Shown here: one piece after another, positions 1-13,300 of the stretch | How the letters are laid out: the number at the start of each line of letters is the position of its first letter | Position numbering within the stretch: position 1 is the first letter of the stretch | NCBI RefSeq assembly: GCF_006345805.1 | Contig: NC_043002.1 | Span: 62,062,001-62,126,000, forward strand | From: Octopus sinensis | Taxonomy: Eukaryota | DNA: 64,000 nucleotides | Direction: 5' to 3' | Position numbers and translations under genes: made by a program | The notes under the pieces: model-generated | Databases searched by the model: none | What the model saw: the letters and a program-made list of their open reading frames with translations, nothing else | What the model was told of the DNA's origin: nothing

Positions 1-22
1 GTAATATGTGACAATTATTCGG

Positions 23-98
23 TAGCCAATATAAAACTCTGAGTTTCGGATGCCGAGGTGGAAATCCACACCGCTATCTCTTCAGCTATCCGGCCATC
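23..98 (-). ncRNA. Type I hammerhead ribozyme motif in a Penelope-like pLTR/3' end
   Basis: Minus strand reads gatggccggatag-CTGAAGA-gat(agcggtgtggatttccacctcggc)atc-c-GAAAC-TC-A-GA-GTT-ttatattggcta. Core CUGANGA and GAAA are present, helix III is aaactc-a-gagttt, and helix I pairs with one bulge. It lies downstream of, and on the same strand as, the GIY-YIG remnant. Confidence 0.7.
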
Positions 99-986
99 GG
101 AAAAACGCTATGAAAAAAGACGGTTATACAAATGGAAATTACTGTGTTATTGACCGCTATTTAGACAAAAGCGCTATTCAACTGACCGCTAATTAAGGTA
201 AGGGGGTAAAAAGTTCATAGTGTACGCGTAAGCGCGCTTGTTCATACGAACACACATGTGCGCCCGCACACCCTCTTGGGTACGCATACATTCATTCACC
301 CTCACTAGAAAAACGTACACATCTTCACTCACATATTTCGCTAAATGTATATCCATATACATACAAACCCACACGTACGCACGTAAACGTTCATACATAC
401 GTCTACATACGCACAAGCACAAGAAAAAAACCTGGTTAAGGGTAACAATACAGAAAAAAGGTGTAAGGAAGTATACAAAATATAAAGCACCTTCATCTAC
501 GAACATACCCTTATGCACGCACACACACACACACACACACCCACCCATATATGCACATACCCGCATACGTCTATATACGCATACACACAAACAACGCACA
601 AAAAGGATTATACATACGTCTAAAAAGCCCGGAAAAATTGTAAAAACACTGAGTAAAATACGTCTATATATATGTACTCGTATGCCCGCACACACGCGCA
701 CATCTATATACATACATACAGTATCACACGTACAAATCTACACGCGCGTACAAAGGATGCCATATACACGTCTATATAAGCACAGGGGAAAATGCAGTGT
801 GGAAGGTAGAGTACAGAAAAAATTAAGTGTAAAAAATATATATCTATAAACCAAATTCTCTATAATATATGTATAAAAATATATAAAGAAAATAAAACTA
901 AAAGATATAATGAGATAAAAAATCTTGTGCGTGGACATAATATAGAAAGCAGAGTTTCAATCTGTAGTCTTGGGGGACCAAAAGCG

Positions 987-1388
987 TCACAAAAATTTGG
1001 TCACATGTGGACATGATCCGAAAAGTTCTGTTCTTGAGTTCAGACATGTAGCGAGGTCTAAGCTGCTTTTCCAGATGAGTCATCTTTCCATGTCGCATAG
1101 ACCGCACTTTCCGCTGCCGTTGGTGTAGGGCTTACAATTGGCTAAAATCTTCCAATGGATGTTGTAACTGACAACTTTATCTTTTAATGACCATATATGA
1201 CTGGAAAATTTTGTCGTTTTTCTTTTGTCCCAGTTCCTAAAGCTCAAGGTGTGATTATTGAACCTGGTCTTGAAATTACCCTCTGTAAGGCCGACGTATT
1301 TCTTCGACGAAACCGATTCTTTAGTGTGTATAGAGTCCACAGTAGCTTCGTAGCTGATGGTCTCGGACATGCAAGCTCCATTCAGCAG

Positions 1389-1392
<4 letters not shown>
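987..1392 (-). pseudogene. Penelope-like element GIY-YIG endonuclease C-terminal domain (5'-truncated, one in-frame stop)
   Basis: Translation CLLNGACMSETISYEATV...KKYVGLTEGNFKTRFNNHTLSFRN...FSSHIWSLKDK...WKILANCKPY...CGLCDMER*LIWKSSLDLATCLNSRTELFGSCPHVTKFL* matches the PLE endonuclease pattern (YxG/F.TR..NH..SF, IW.LK, CxLC, LN.R.EL). The stop at 1080-1082 is in frame with the terminal stop at 987-989. Confidence 0.85.
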
Positions 1393-1422
<30 letters not shown>

Positions 1423-1423
1423 G

Positions 1424-1466
<43 letters not shown>

Positions 1467-1535
1467 ACACACACATATATATATATATATAATATATATA
1501 TATATATATACACATGTGTGTGTGTGTGTGTGTGT
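1393..1535. repeat. Compound (CA)n/(TA)n/(TG)n microsatellite abutting the truncated 5' end of the PLE remnant
   Basis: Direct reading of the sequence. Confidence 0.95.
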
Positions 1536-2299
1536 TTGTTAATAACGCCTAAAAGAGGTACCTTTTCCGCTCACGAAAGTCAATGGAACTTTGGCTAGGA
1601 GAAACTGACGTCATCAGATGGTATCTAACACTCGCCGAGTGTTTCAACCTCAATTGTAACACCCTCCCGTTGGTTGCTTAGAGAGTGTGGTCAAATTACT
1701 GATCTAAATTTCCTGGCCTCCAGTTTGACTCCTCTCTCCTGCTCCACAAACAACAAGTTCTTTCAGCTGTCTCTCCAACCCTGCGCACAGCTACCCTTCA
1801 CTAGTTGACTGTGTGATTGCGAAACGTACTTCACATCCATGTGGTATAGGGTTCAGTTCCATCGTGTAGCACCTTGGAAAATATCCATGCTCTTCTATGC
1901 TTTGGCCCAGCAGAACCTTGTGACTGTATTTCGTGTGCATTTCAAGAGCCAGTCACATGTTTTTGCATATATGTGTGGGTGTGTGAATGTGTGTGCCTGT
2001 GTGGAGTGTATGGGTCTGGGTGTGCGTGCGTGTTGAATGCAAATGGTAGTGGGTAGCGATTTTCTTTACTACTTCAGTAAGGGATGACCCTACCTGATAC
2101 ATTTCCCGGGCTCAGCTGGCTCCAGCTGACAGTACTCGGTATGGACCCCTACCCAGGGTTACAGAAAGGAGACAATCTTTAACACAACCCGGAGTGGGGC
2201 CCCATATGCGGTTTAATGTTGGATTCGACACTCTTCCCGCAGCTCCTTCAACTACGCTGGTGCCAAACGTAATGCTTTGCACTCCTTTGGACTACGTTA

Positions 2300-2520
2300 G
2301 TAAGGTCGAGAGAGGAATCCTGACGATTGGGTTACCCAGGATTTTCTTACATCTAGCTCAGTCCTGCGCAAAACTGGAGAGACCACTTCAGTGCTTCAGT
2401 AAAATGTGACAGATGACATTACAACGAGACAGGCAAAGTCTTCGCTACATCTGCGTCACCTGCCAAAGGACTACACGGCCACAGTAGGAGATGTCAAGGA
2501 CATGAAATGTAAAAACCAGA
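2300..2520 (+). pseudogene. Probable 3' end of an RTE-clade LINE (C-terminal zinc-finger remnant)
   Basis: tacatctgcgtcacctgccaaagg = YICVTCQR, followed in another frame by GLHGHSRRCQ. This resembles the C..C.R.C.SRIGL.SH.R.C terminus of RTE ORFs with an internal deletion. Confidence 0.4.
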
Positions 2521-3409
2521 CTGGATTATTTTATGCGCAACATCCCGAGACAAAAGGATAACAACAATACATTCAAGACGGTGCACTATCATAGCTGCTG
2601 TGTGATGGCTGAACGGTTGAGGATAGCTCATCGTTCTCTATTTATGGAAGAACTAGCATTACCAGACAACTTTTCCACAAGGTAAATAAATAATTAGCGA
2701 AATATCAATTTCATACTGACATACATTCATAAATACGTACATACGTACGCGGAACTAAACACGTAAGTATACATAGTATACATAGATACATGCATAGATG
2801 AAAGCAGGCATACGTACAAATATACAAAATACATGAGAATAGATGCAAGTCATGTGACGAAGTGATCATGTTTCCCTTCCGTTTACATAAACTATATTGC
2901 TGTTGCTATGAACATATTTTTAATGCAAACTTGCAAAAATATAACAATATCCCCGCGTAATTTCCTTAATGCATGACGTTATAACAACCTATCAAACCGT
3001 GCAATAGTGTCGATTTCATAATGGAAGCTGCAATAATTGATTCCGTTGCTTTCACAGTTGGTTTGAATGAATAAATTATCGTCACCTTGTAATATTATAT
3101 GCATACACATACATTTGAATACTTGACATGTGTATCACTCTCAATGTCCCCTGCCTGTGATTGAATACACGCACACACGTATACTCAAACATACACTCAC
3201 ATACACACATATATATGATCCTGAATGTATATATATACATATACATTTATATGTATATGCACGTCTATGTATATGTATACCTATAAATGTATATGTTTAT
3301 GTACATCGGTCAATGTTATACATTTATAAGTATATGTGTGTATGCGTGTGCATGTGTGTGTCTGTGTGTGTGTTTAGTGGGCGGAAGAGAGAAAGAGAGA
3401 GAGAGAAGA

Positions 3410-3800
<391 letters not shown>

Positions 3801-3999
3801 AAAGAAAATAAGAAGAGAAACAAACGTACATTTAAATGTGTCTAAGTGTCTTTATGGTTGCTTGTTAGCATACTTTTTTTCTTGCTTTTAGTATGTATGC
3901 GCCTCTCCCTCCCTCCCTCTCTCTCTCTTTATATATATATATATATATATATATAAATATATATACACTGATATAAATAGATACATTTATATCTCCCTG

Positions 4000-4046
<47 letters not shown>

Positions 4047-4431
4047 GGTTGACCGTGTGCACCTGTGTCTGATTTTCTGTCTGCCTGTCTATCCTACCGT
4101 TTTTGATGTATCAAGATATAGAGATCGACAAATGATGATAAATATTTGTTTACATCTCTCAATACGGGACAGACACATCAAAGAGACCAGCTCAGTGAAA
4201 ATCTACGATTTTTCTAATTGATATAACAGCATGAATGGTTTTCAAAAGATGTTTTCATATTGAAATGTTTGATGTATGGAAAGACTGAGAGGATTTTCAC
4301 GCCATCAAGCCACCTATACTTTCCTCTTTCATAATTCTTTACAAACACTCTATTCTCATTACCTACATTTAATTGACTGTAATCATTTCAACAAACTCAC
4401 AAAACTGTTTACATGTTCTTTATTATTATTA

Positions 4432-4519
<88 letters not shown>

Positions 4520-4638
4520 ATTATTATTATCTTGATTATTATTATTACTAGTATTGTTGTTGTTGTTGTTGCATCTGTTCGTGTTGCTGCTATTCTTGAC
4601 GTTGTTGCTGTTAGTGTTGTTCTCTTTAATGGTGTTAA

Positions 4639-4672
<34 letters not shown>

Positions 4673-5248
4673 GAGTGAGAGAGCAGTTCATGCCATCAAA
4701 GTGACACTGGGGTAAAATATACGAAGCCCAATATACCCATCATGACTACCCGTCTGATAAAGGTACACCAGGCACATGCATCACAACCATATGTGCGCGA
4801 CATGGTGATCTCATATCAAGATAAACAGCACATGACCTTGCAGGTGGGGCCCAGTTAGAATTTTCTTCAGGTTGAGTAGCCCATCCCGCTCAAACGGTCC
4901 CTGAATAAGGGTGCTTAAGGATGTTGAAAGAACCACCCATGTTTCCAGAGGTGAACTATTCAAACCCCAAAGAATCCCCATCCACTTGCTCAGAACTCTA
5001 CCCTCACACATGGCTATGATGCTCCCCCACTACTTCTGCTCGTGATCAGAGATGCACATATCGTCAGCCACTAAGGGACATGCTCAGCTGGTTAAGGTCA
5101 AACAACTGACAAGCAAATCTGTGGTATTGAGCAGAATATTTGTTGTAGCCCATCTTTTATACCAAGACAAAACAATGTACATGATAACACTTCCAATCAG
5201 TTAAGATCAGAAGCCATGAGAGCCACTGCCTGGTACTGCATCAGGGCA
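4673..5248 (+). mobile_element. ~575-bp interspersed repeat embedded in (ATT)n (here family D), copy 1
   Basis: Runs gagtgagagagcagttcatgcc...ctggtactgcatcagggca. Homologous copies are at 5937, 9893, 21807 and 44232; nearly all are flanked by ATT/AAT-type triplet tracts. Confidence 0.85.
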
Positions 5249-5285
5249 TTTATTATTATTATTATTATTGTTATTATTATTATTA

Positions 5286-5337
<52 letters not shown>

Positions 5338-5440
5338 TTGTAGTAGGAGTTTAAATAACAGTATAGTAATAGTCGTAGTATTTCTAGCAGCAGAAGCAAC
5401 AGCAGCAGCAGCAGCAGCAGCAGTAGTAATAGTAGTAGTA

Positions 5441-5476
<36 letters not shown>

Positions 5477-5843
5477 CAACAGCAACAAGATCAAGTAGCA
5501 GTAGCAATTGTAGTAGTTATAGTAGCGGCAGCAGCAACAGCAGCACTAACAGCGGCAGCAGCTGTCCAGGAATTTGGACCTGGAGATGACCATTTCCAGC
5601 GACTTCGAGGGCCACCTTCCAGTGGTGTCGGGCGTCAACGAAAAGCCTTCGACTACAAGACGGCCAAATTTTTTTTTCCAAAATCTGGGGTTTCCCGCCC
5701 ATAAGCCCTAGATCACCACATAATCACCCGTACCCGTCCTGTTGCTTGACAACAGCAACAACAGCAGCAGTAGTATTAGTGTTAGTATTATTATTATTAG
5801 TAGTAGTAGTATAGTAGTAGTAGTAGTAGTAGTAGTAGTTGTT

Positions 5844-5878
<35 letters not shown>

Positions 5879-5936
5879 GGTGGTGGTGGTATTATTATTA
5901 TTATATTATTATATTATTATTATTATTATTATTATT

Positions 5937-6491
5937 GAGTGAGAGAGCAGTTCATGCCATCAAAGTGACACTGGGGTAAAATATACGAAGCCCAATATAC
6001 CCATCATGACTACCCGTCTGATAAAGGTACACCAGGCACATGCATCACAACCATATGTGCGCGACATGGTGATCTCATATCAAGATAAACAGCACATGAC
6101 CTTGCAGGTGGGGCCCAGTTAGAATTTTCTTCAGGTTGAGTAGCCCATCCCGCTCAAACGGTCCCTGAATAAGGGTTGCTTAAGGATGTTGAAAGAACCA
6201 CCCATGTTTCCAGAGGTGAACTATTCAAACCCCAAAGAATCCCTCTCAACACATGGCTATGATGCTCCCCCACTACTTCTGCTCGTGATCAGAGATGCAC
6301 ATATCGTCAGCCACTAAGGGACATGCTCAACTGGTTAAGGTCAAACAACTGACAAGCAAATCTGTGGTATTGAGCAGAATATTTGTTGTAGCCCATCTTT
6401 TATACCAAGACAAAACAATGTACATGATAACACTTCCAATCAGTTAAGATCAGAAGCCATGAGAGCCACTGCCTGGTACTGCATCAGGGCA
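5937..6491 (+). mobile_element. Family D repeat, copy 2 (within the tandem duplication)
   Basis: Near-identical to 4673-5248. Confidence 0.85.
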
Positions 6492-6525
6492 TTTATTATT
6501 ATTATTATTGTTATTATTATTATTA

Positions 6526-6574
<49 letters not shown>

Positions 6575-6663
6575 TTGTAGTAGGAGTTTAAATAACAGTA
6601 TAGTAATAGTCGTAGTATTTCTAGCAGCAGAAGCAACAGCAGCAGCAGCAGCAGCAGTAGTAA

Positions 6664-6702
<39 letters not shown>

Positions 6703-7026
6703 CAACAGCAACAAGATCAAGTAGCAGTAGCAATTGTAGTAGTTATAGTAGCGGCAGCAGCAACAGCAGCACTAACAGCGGCAGCAGCTGTCCAGGAATT
6801 TGGACCTGGAGATGACCATTTCCAGCGACTTCGAGGGCCACCTTCCAGTGGTGTCGGGCGTCAACGAAAAGCCTTCGACTACAAGACGGCCAAATTTTTT
6901 TTTCCAAAATCTGGGGTTTCCCGCCCATAAGCCCTAGATCACCACATAATCACCCGTACCCGTCCTGTTGCTTGACAACAGCAACAACAGCAGCAGTAGT
7001 ATTAGTGTTAGTATTATTATTATTAT

Positions 7027-7060
<34 letters not shown>

Positions 7061-7064
7061 TGTT

Positions 7065-7099
<35 letters not shown>

Positions 7100-7109
7100 G
7101 GTGGTGGTG

Positions 7110-7191
<82 letters not shown>

Positions 7192-7251
7192 ACATTAACT
7201 ACAATACAATTAATGGGATATTCATTACAAAAAATATATATATTAATATAC

Positions 7252-7300
<49 letters not shown>

Positions 7301-7602
7301 CACACGCACACAGATATATACATGCACACACATATACACGCATACACACATACACACAGACATATGCAGCTTTCATCTTTTGCTTATTTCCGTTATTGGA
7401 GTCTGGCCATGATTGTGTACCCCCTTGAATAATTTCAATCAAAGACAATTGGCCGCAGTACTAATTCTCCTGAAATCTGGTGTTTTTCCTACTGTTTTCA
7501 TTTATCGATCATTAATAGCCGTAAAGGGAACAACACCGATTTTCAAACGGTGGAGGTGCAAGCTCTAAACCAAAGACTCACAGGCACATATAAATGTCCG
7601 TA

Positions 7603-7725
7603 CTGCGGCTGTTTGGTAAGTAGCTTGCTTGCCAAACACATGGTTCAGGGTTCAGTCCCGATCAAAGCCTTTTGAGTGGATTTGGTAGAAGGAAAGTAAA
7701 AGAAGCGCGTCGTGTGTGTGTGTAT

Positions 7726-7773
<48 letters not shown>

Positions 7774-8040
7774 ATACTGTTGTTTCTGGGGAGAGTAATT
7801 GTTTTAACACTAGAATTTTTAAAATCTTGCAAACCAAATCTCAAAACGAACTATATATATGTATGAATTGTCAAACCCACCCACACGACTTGCTTCTTTC
7901 AATTTCACTCTACTAAATCCGTGCACAATGCTTTAGTCAGCCTCAGGCTGTAGTAGAACATACTTGCCCAAGTTGTCATGCAGTGGGACTGAACCCGGAT
8001 CCATGTGGTTAGGGAACAAGCTCCTTACCCACACAGCCAG
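7603..8040. mobile_element. Two convergent partial tRNA-derived SINEs (family C)
   Basis: Plus-strand head ggctgtttggtaagtagcttgcttgcc...ggttcagtccc at 7603. Minus-strand copy ending gggactgaacccgg...cacacagcc at ~7900-8040. Confidence 0.7.
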
Positions 8041-8177
8041 CGGCGCACAATTATAACCAATATATTTTAAATATTTTCACAACAAAATCTTATATAGACC
8101 TCGGTCGACAACCACTGTTATAACTGGTTGTATTTCCAGTGGAACGAACAAGTATAACGTCTTAAAAACAATACATT

Positions 8178-8450
8178 ATTCTTTTCTACTCTATGCTCAA
8201 GTTCCGAATTTTGTGGGAAGAGGACAGTCGAATAGCAAATGATACATAATTTATCGACCCCGAAAGGATGAAAGGCAAAGTCGACCTCGGCGGAATTTAA
8301 ACTCAGAACATAAATACAGACGGAATACCTATTTCTTTACTACCCACAAGGGGCTAGACACAGAGAGGACAAACAAGGACAGACCAACGGATTAAGTCGA
8401 TTATATCGACATCAGTTGGTAACTGGTACTCATTTCATCGACCCCGAAAG
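8178..8450 (-). mobile_element. tRNA-derived SINE family A, partial
   Basis: Reverse complement of the consensus ctgagttcaaattccgccgaggtcgactttgcctttcatcctttcggggtcgat. Confidence 0.85.
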
Positions 8451-9374
8451 CAGCTTTGTGGCGTTCAGTGGGATGAAAGGAAACAGTGGTGGATTTTAGC
8501 ATTTTGTTGATGATAATTTGGGTGAGGAGATGACAGAAGATACTGCAGCTGTTACTGAATGTGGTGCTACTGCTCCAGATGATGATGATGATGGTGATGA
8601 TGATGAAGATGATGGTGGTGTTGAATACGAAGACTGTGTCAATAATGAGATGATGGCAATGAGCACGAAAATTATGATGATGATGATGATGACGATGACG
8701 ACAATGATGGTGTTGGCAGTGATGCAGCTGATAATATTGCTCACCCCCTTTCCATCTCCACTTCCTCACCCCACGTTCTCAACCACTTCTTTCTCCTCCA
8801 CCTTGTCATTTCCTTCCTCCCCTTCCTCTCCTTCCAATTCTTCATAACTGACATTGATTTCCCTAAAGATGTCAATGATGATGACTGCTAACGAACATGG
8901 TGATAACAATGATGATGATGATAATGATGATGATGATGATGATGTTGATGATTGTTACTGAAAGCGGGGTTCAATGAGAAGCGTTCCTCAGTACAGCAAA
9001 TGCATAACGAGAGAAGGGCTAGAGCGGTAGGGGAAGTCTCTCAGGGATACGGAACGCGGCGAGGACGTCGATGAGGGTAAGGAAGAGCACCACCATGTTG
9101 ATAACGATCACATGGCGCTGTGTGTGGAGGCGGACTAGGAGCAAAATAGCGATGATAATACTTACGACACACGGAGAGGGAAAGAGGGTGGGGGTGGTTC
9201 GATGAATGGTGATGATAAATACGATTGTGATGGTAAAGATAATCATACAAAGAAGACGATAATTGCTATTATTCTTATGCAGATCAATAAATTAAAGTAT
9301 CAATCAAGAATCGTATCCTTTGAAAATCGTTGATACTTTCAATCCAAATTTGTGGAAGTGTGCAATTATACAAC

Positions 9375-9712
9375 TACTACTACTACTGCTGCTGCTGCTG
9401 CTACTGCCACTGCTACTACTACTACTACTACTAATACTGCTGCTGGTGCTGCTGCTGGTGCTGCTGCTGGTGCTGCTGCTGGTGCTGCTGCTGGTGCTGC
9501 TGCTGGTGCTGCTGCTGGTGCTGCTGCTGGTGCTGCTGCTGCTCCTTCTGCTGCTGCTATTACTATTTCTGCTACTGCTACTACTACTGCCACTGATACT
9601 ACTACTACTGCTACTGCTACTACTGCTACAGCTACTACTACCACTACTACTACTACTACTTCTACTACTACTACTACTACTACTAATACTACTACTACTA
9701 CTGCTGCTGCTG

Positions 9713-9748
<36 letters not shown>

Positions 9749-9890
9749 ATTATAATGATAATAATAATGATTACGATGGTTATTTTTATAACACTAATAG
9801 CAACAACACTACTACTGCTACTACTACTACTACTACTACTACTACTGCTGCTGCTACTACTACTACTACTACTACTACTAGTACTACTTA
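9375..9890. repeat. Imperfect (CTA/CTG)n tract with a 12-bp (GCTGCTGCTGGT) subarray
   Basis: Direct reading; about 8 copies of the 12-mer at ~9443-9540. Confidence 0.9.
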
Positions 9891-9892
9891 TA

Positions 9893-10185
9893 TACATTAT
9901 TTTCTCATGGTGTAAAAGATAGGCTACGCCAAATATTTTGGTTAATACTACAAATTTGGTTGTCTGTTGCCTGATCTAAAGCAGTTGAGCATGTCCCTTG
10001 GTGGCTGACGATATGTGCGTCGTTGATAACGAGCAGATGTAAAGGGAGAGCCTCATAACCACGGGTATTTTATTCATCATCCTTGAACAACCCTTATTCA
10101 AGGACCTTTTGAGCGAGATGGGCTTAAAACTTCTGAAGAAGAACTACTTCTCAGTTGGAAGGTCATGCGCTGTTTATTTTGATAC
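9893..10185 (-). mobile_element. Family D repeat, partial and diverged
   Basis: gagcatgtcccttggtggctgacgatatgtgc and cccttattcaaggaccttttgagcg match the reverse complement of 4673-5248. Confidence 0.75.
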
Positions 10186-10189
10186 GTAT

Positions 10190-10392
10190 GTATGTATTTT
10201 TGTTTCTGTGTTTGTACCCCCACCATCACTTGACAACCGATGTTGGTGTATGTCCCCCGTAACTTAGCGGTTCGACAAAAGAGACAGATAGAATAAGTGC
10301 TATGCTTACAAAGAATAAGTTTTGGGGTTATTTATTCGACTAAAGGTGGCACTCCAGCATGGCCGCAGTCAAATGACTGAAACAAGTTAAAG
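10190..10392 (+). mobile_element. SINE family C, 3' half
   Basis: ccccgtaacttagcggttcgacaaaagagac...ccagcatggccgcagtcaaatgactgaaacaag. Confidence 0.8.
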
Positions 10393-13300
10393 AGTTACGT
10401 TTCTAATATTCTTCGCTCTGATCGTTGCGCCGTTTTGTCAAGCCATCTTATCACTCTCTTCTCTTCCTCGGTTTTCACAGTTTTGCTTGTTTTCATCTTA
10501 ACCGACGCAGACTATTACATTTTATTTTGATCCCATTTGTTTACTACTGATTTAGACATAATATATTTGAAATTAAAATATGTCTTATACAGTTGGGACA
10601 TCTTTGATCACATTAAGTCTGCTCGATCCAGGAAATGCTAGAGTTAAACTACAACAACTCCACCCAAATGTGATTTCTTAGATTGTTCATTGAACCGTTA
10701 ACATCCTCAAAGTGTATCTCATTCTTCATGAGTAGGTTGACTATGAAAGGATATTGACGCGAAGAAGAAAAATCGAAGTAAATGTGCCGAGATTATTAGA
10801 TAAGTGTATAAGAAAAAAACATGCAAGAATGGCATTTTGCATGGTAAAGGGACATTGTAAATGGTGGAGAACGATGTTATTGAAAATAGATATAGATCAG
10901 AATAAAATGCAGTTTCATTAAACAGGAAGCACACGAAATACGAAGCGAAATATGTAGTAAATGAGAAAACATATTGAAAGCAGAAAGATTGTATAGTACA
11001 TGGAAGGAAGCCACACATGATATGAAAGATAAACTTCAAAAGATTTTACAAAAAAATAAATTTAATTTAAGCTTTATAAAGATAAAACTTCACAGGGCAG
11101 AAATCTTCAACTGCTAAGATTTAAAAATACAAAGAAAACATCCATACTAAGCTACGATATGGATTCCTGGAAAATATGAAGGAATAAATTATTGGTGTAA
11201 GATTATGGAAGAAAATAATGGGGTTTTGGGAAATATATCATATATGTGGAGCTTATTATGAAAGACCAAAGATACAGTTCAGAATAACTGCTGTCGAGTT
11301 GTAAAATACTAGTTATAAATTATGAGCTGGAAATTATAATTTTAAACGGCGTGGCAATTCACTGATGCTCAGGTTCAGTAACTTAGACAAGGTGAGGAAT
11401 TATTGAGAGAAATTTAGTGTGATCTAAAATTGGATTGGATAGAGAAAAAACAGAGAACATGGAAAATATACAGTTCAGGGGACTTGAATATTATATGAGC
11501 AAGGCCACTATTATTGACAGACAATATTTCATTTTAGTAAAGAATCCCTTATAGGCGCTCACGATTAAAGCTATAGCTCGACCACAGAAGGAAGACAAAA
11601 AAGCAACATTTATGAAAAATAGCGGGTGAAATTGAGCATGAAGCGTCACCTTGAGTTTGGGAAGTGTAAAAGCATAAGCGGCATAATATTAACTATAGTA
11701 ACAACTGCGAATGTTTCTTTTCTTGATATGAAATATGGCCGAGAAGTGAGATCTTTTGTGCAAAAAAGAAAGACACAAGCATTTGAGGAAATAAATTGTG
11801 TAACCAGAAAAAGAAAACAATATTGAGAGATACGAGATCAAAATAATGTCAAAAATATTAGAACTGCGCAGCAAAGTCAAAACATTTAATTGTAAATATT
11901 TAAAAATAAAACAATGAAATGCTTATAAAATTATGAAATGCAAATCCCCGAATTTTATATTTAAAGGTGTTTCTAACAACCATTTTTCTCATAACTTTAC
12001 AGTACAGAGAATACTTACAGTCATCCTGGTCAATATATCTGTTAGCCACATCTTCTCTGCGCATGAAATCTGATTGTGAAGAAGTATGTGTGGAATCAAA
12101 GCCTATATTTTATAAATATAGTGTAACTGATACTTCAAATACAGATAAACTTCGGTTCTATAAAACCGGTATTGCTTTATGAGTTCCATTTAGCTGCTAT
12201 CTCCAGTAGAACTGAAAATATTCCAGAGACACACTCGACTTGATCAGCTCAGTTTGTGATGTAACTTCATATGTTGTCGCCCGCCTGCACCTTCTAGAAT
12301 TTATAATTCCAACAATAATTGTAAGATTTTCACACGTTATAAAGCGAATCTCAAGTTACTGAGAAAGTTATGTAAAGTTTATTGGTAATTGGCATAGTCG
12401 ATGCAGTGTTAGATATAAATTGGAATGTGTTAATAAATACTCTCCATCATATAAGGGGACGATATAGCATATTGAAGTGTAATAATTCTCACTTAGACAA
12501 TCGAAAGCTACACAACCAGCGGACTTATGCTGCATATAATTGAATATACACACAGGTAAATATGTGTGATTGCAGTTGTGTATGCATAAAAGTGTGTTGT
12601 GTGTAGATATACGGGTCAGTATATGTGTGTGTGAGAGAGAGAAAGAGAGAGAGGGAGAGAAAGAGAGAGTCTGTGCATATATATGTGCGTGAGTGGTTTT
12701 GATTATGTGAGTGAGTGAAAAAAAGAGACAACACGGACTGGTGGTCCGAGGTCATGATCAGGAATATGTAAGTTCGTACCCTGGACGCTATGACCTGAAT
12801 AACTCTGGGCAACACAGTATTTCAGTTTGCTGCTGTATGCTGATCGTAAATGAAATTCCATTCTGGTTGAGTAGTAATCGTTTTCCCGAGCTCTCACTTC
12901 TCGGCACACAGCCGGTTTAGGAATGACGAGCGAAGGGCCGTATCTATTCCTGCACGTGGCTTTATAGGTACCTTAAGTTGCATAAGCATAGCACAAACTA
13001 CCAGATCGTACTAGTTTGCAAATGATGCCTGTCATTATTTATATTTAACACCAATTACATCGAATGCATCAAATCGAGTGCACCACGAGAACCGAGGGTT
13101 TTAAATATATCCATCCAGAAGGTGAAATTATTTTGGGATTTGCTCTTCGTCTGCTACCTAATCCATGAAACATATCTCGCAGCTTTCAAACTGATTTGCT
13201 TTACATCGTTTCTTCAGTTTCATATTTCAAAATTTTCTTGCTCGGTGAAATCATTATCTATCAATAAATAAATAATCTATTGTAACTTAGACAATATCGA

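Larger units (their letters stand above)
4673..7195 (+). repeat. ~1.26-kb tandem duplication (family D element + triplet tracts + GC-rich ~200-bp segment)
   Basis: Unit 4673-5936 is repeated from 5937. The segment ctgtccaggaatttggacctgg...cccgtcctgttgcttgac occurs at ~5562 and ~6788. Confidence 0.9.

Noticed and set aside
1555-1620. Minus-strand CTGATGA...GGAAAAGGTACCTC hammerhead-like motif
   Set aside because: Helix II does not abut GAAA and the A15.1-U16.1 pair cannot form; at best a badly decayed relic.
4860-4875. CTGAAGA on the minus strand of family D elements (also CTGANGA at ~19225, 27707, 51340)
   Set aside because: No helix II + GAAA + NUH geometry follows; chance heptamers (the 51340 case lies in mariner coding sequence).
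9019-9246. Hydrophobic ORF (..LLLVRLHTQRHVIVINMVVLFLTLIDVL..) superficially like GPCR TM1-TM2
   Set aside because: No GN or LAxxD motifs, an early in-frame stop, no convincing splice sites, and it is embedded in GAT/CAT low-complexity DNA.
10560-11560. Purine-rich stretch suggestive of a decayed LINE endonuclease region
   Set aside because: No continuous recognisable motif in any frame.
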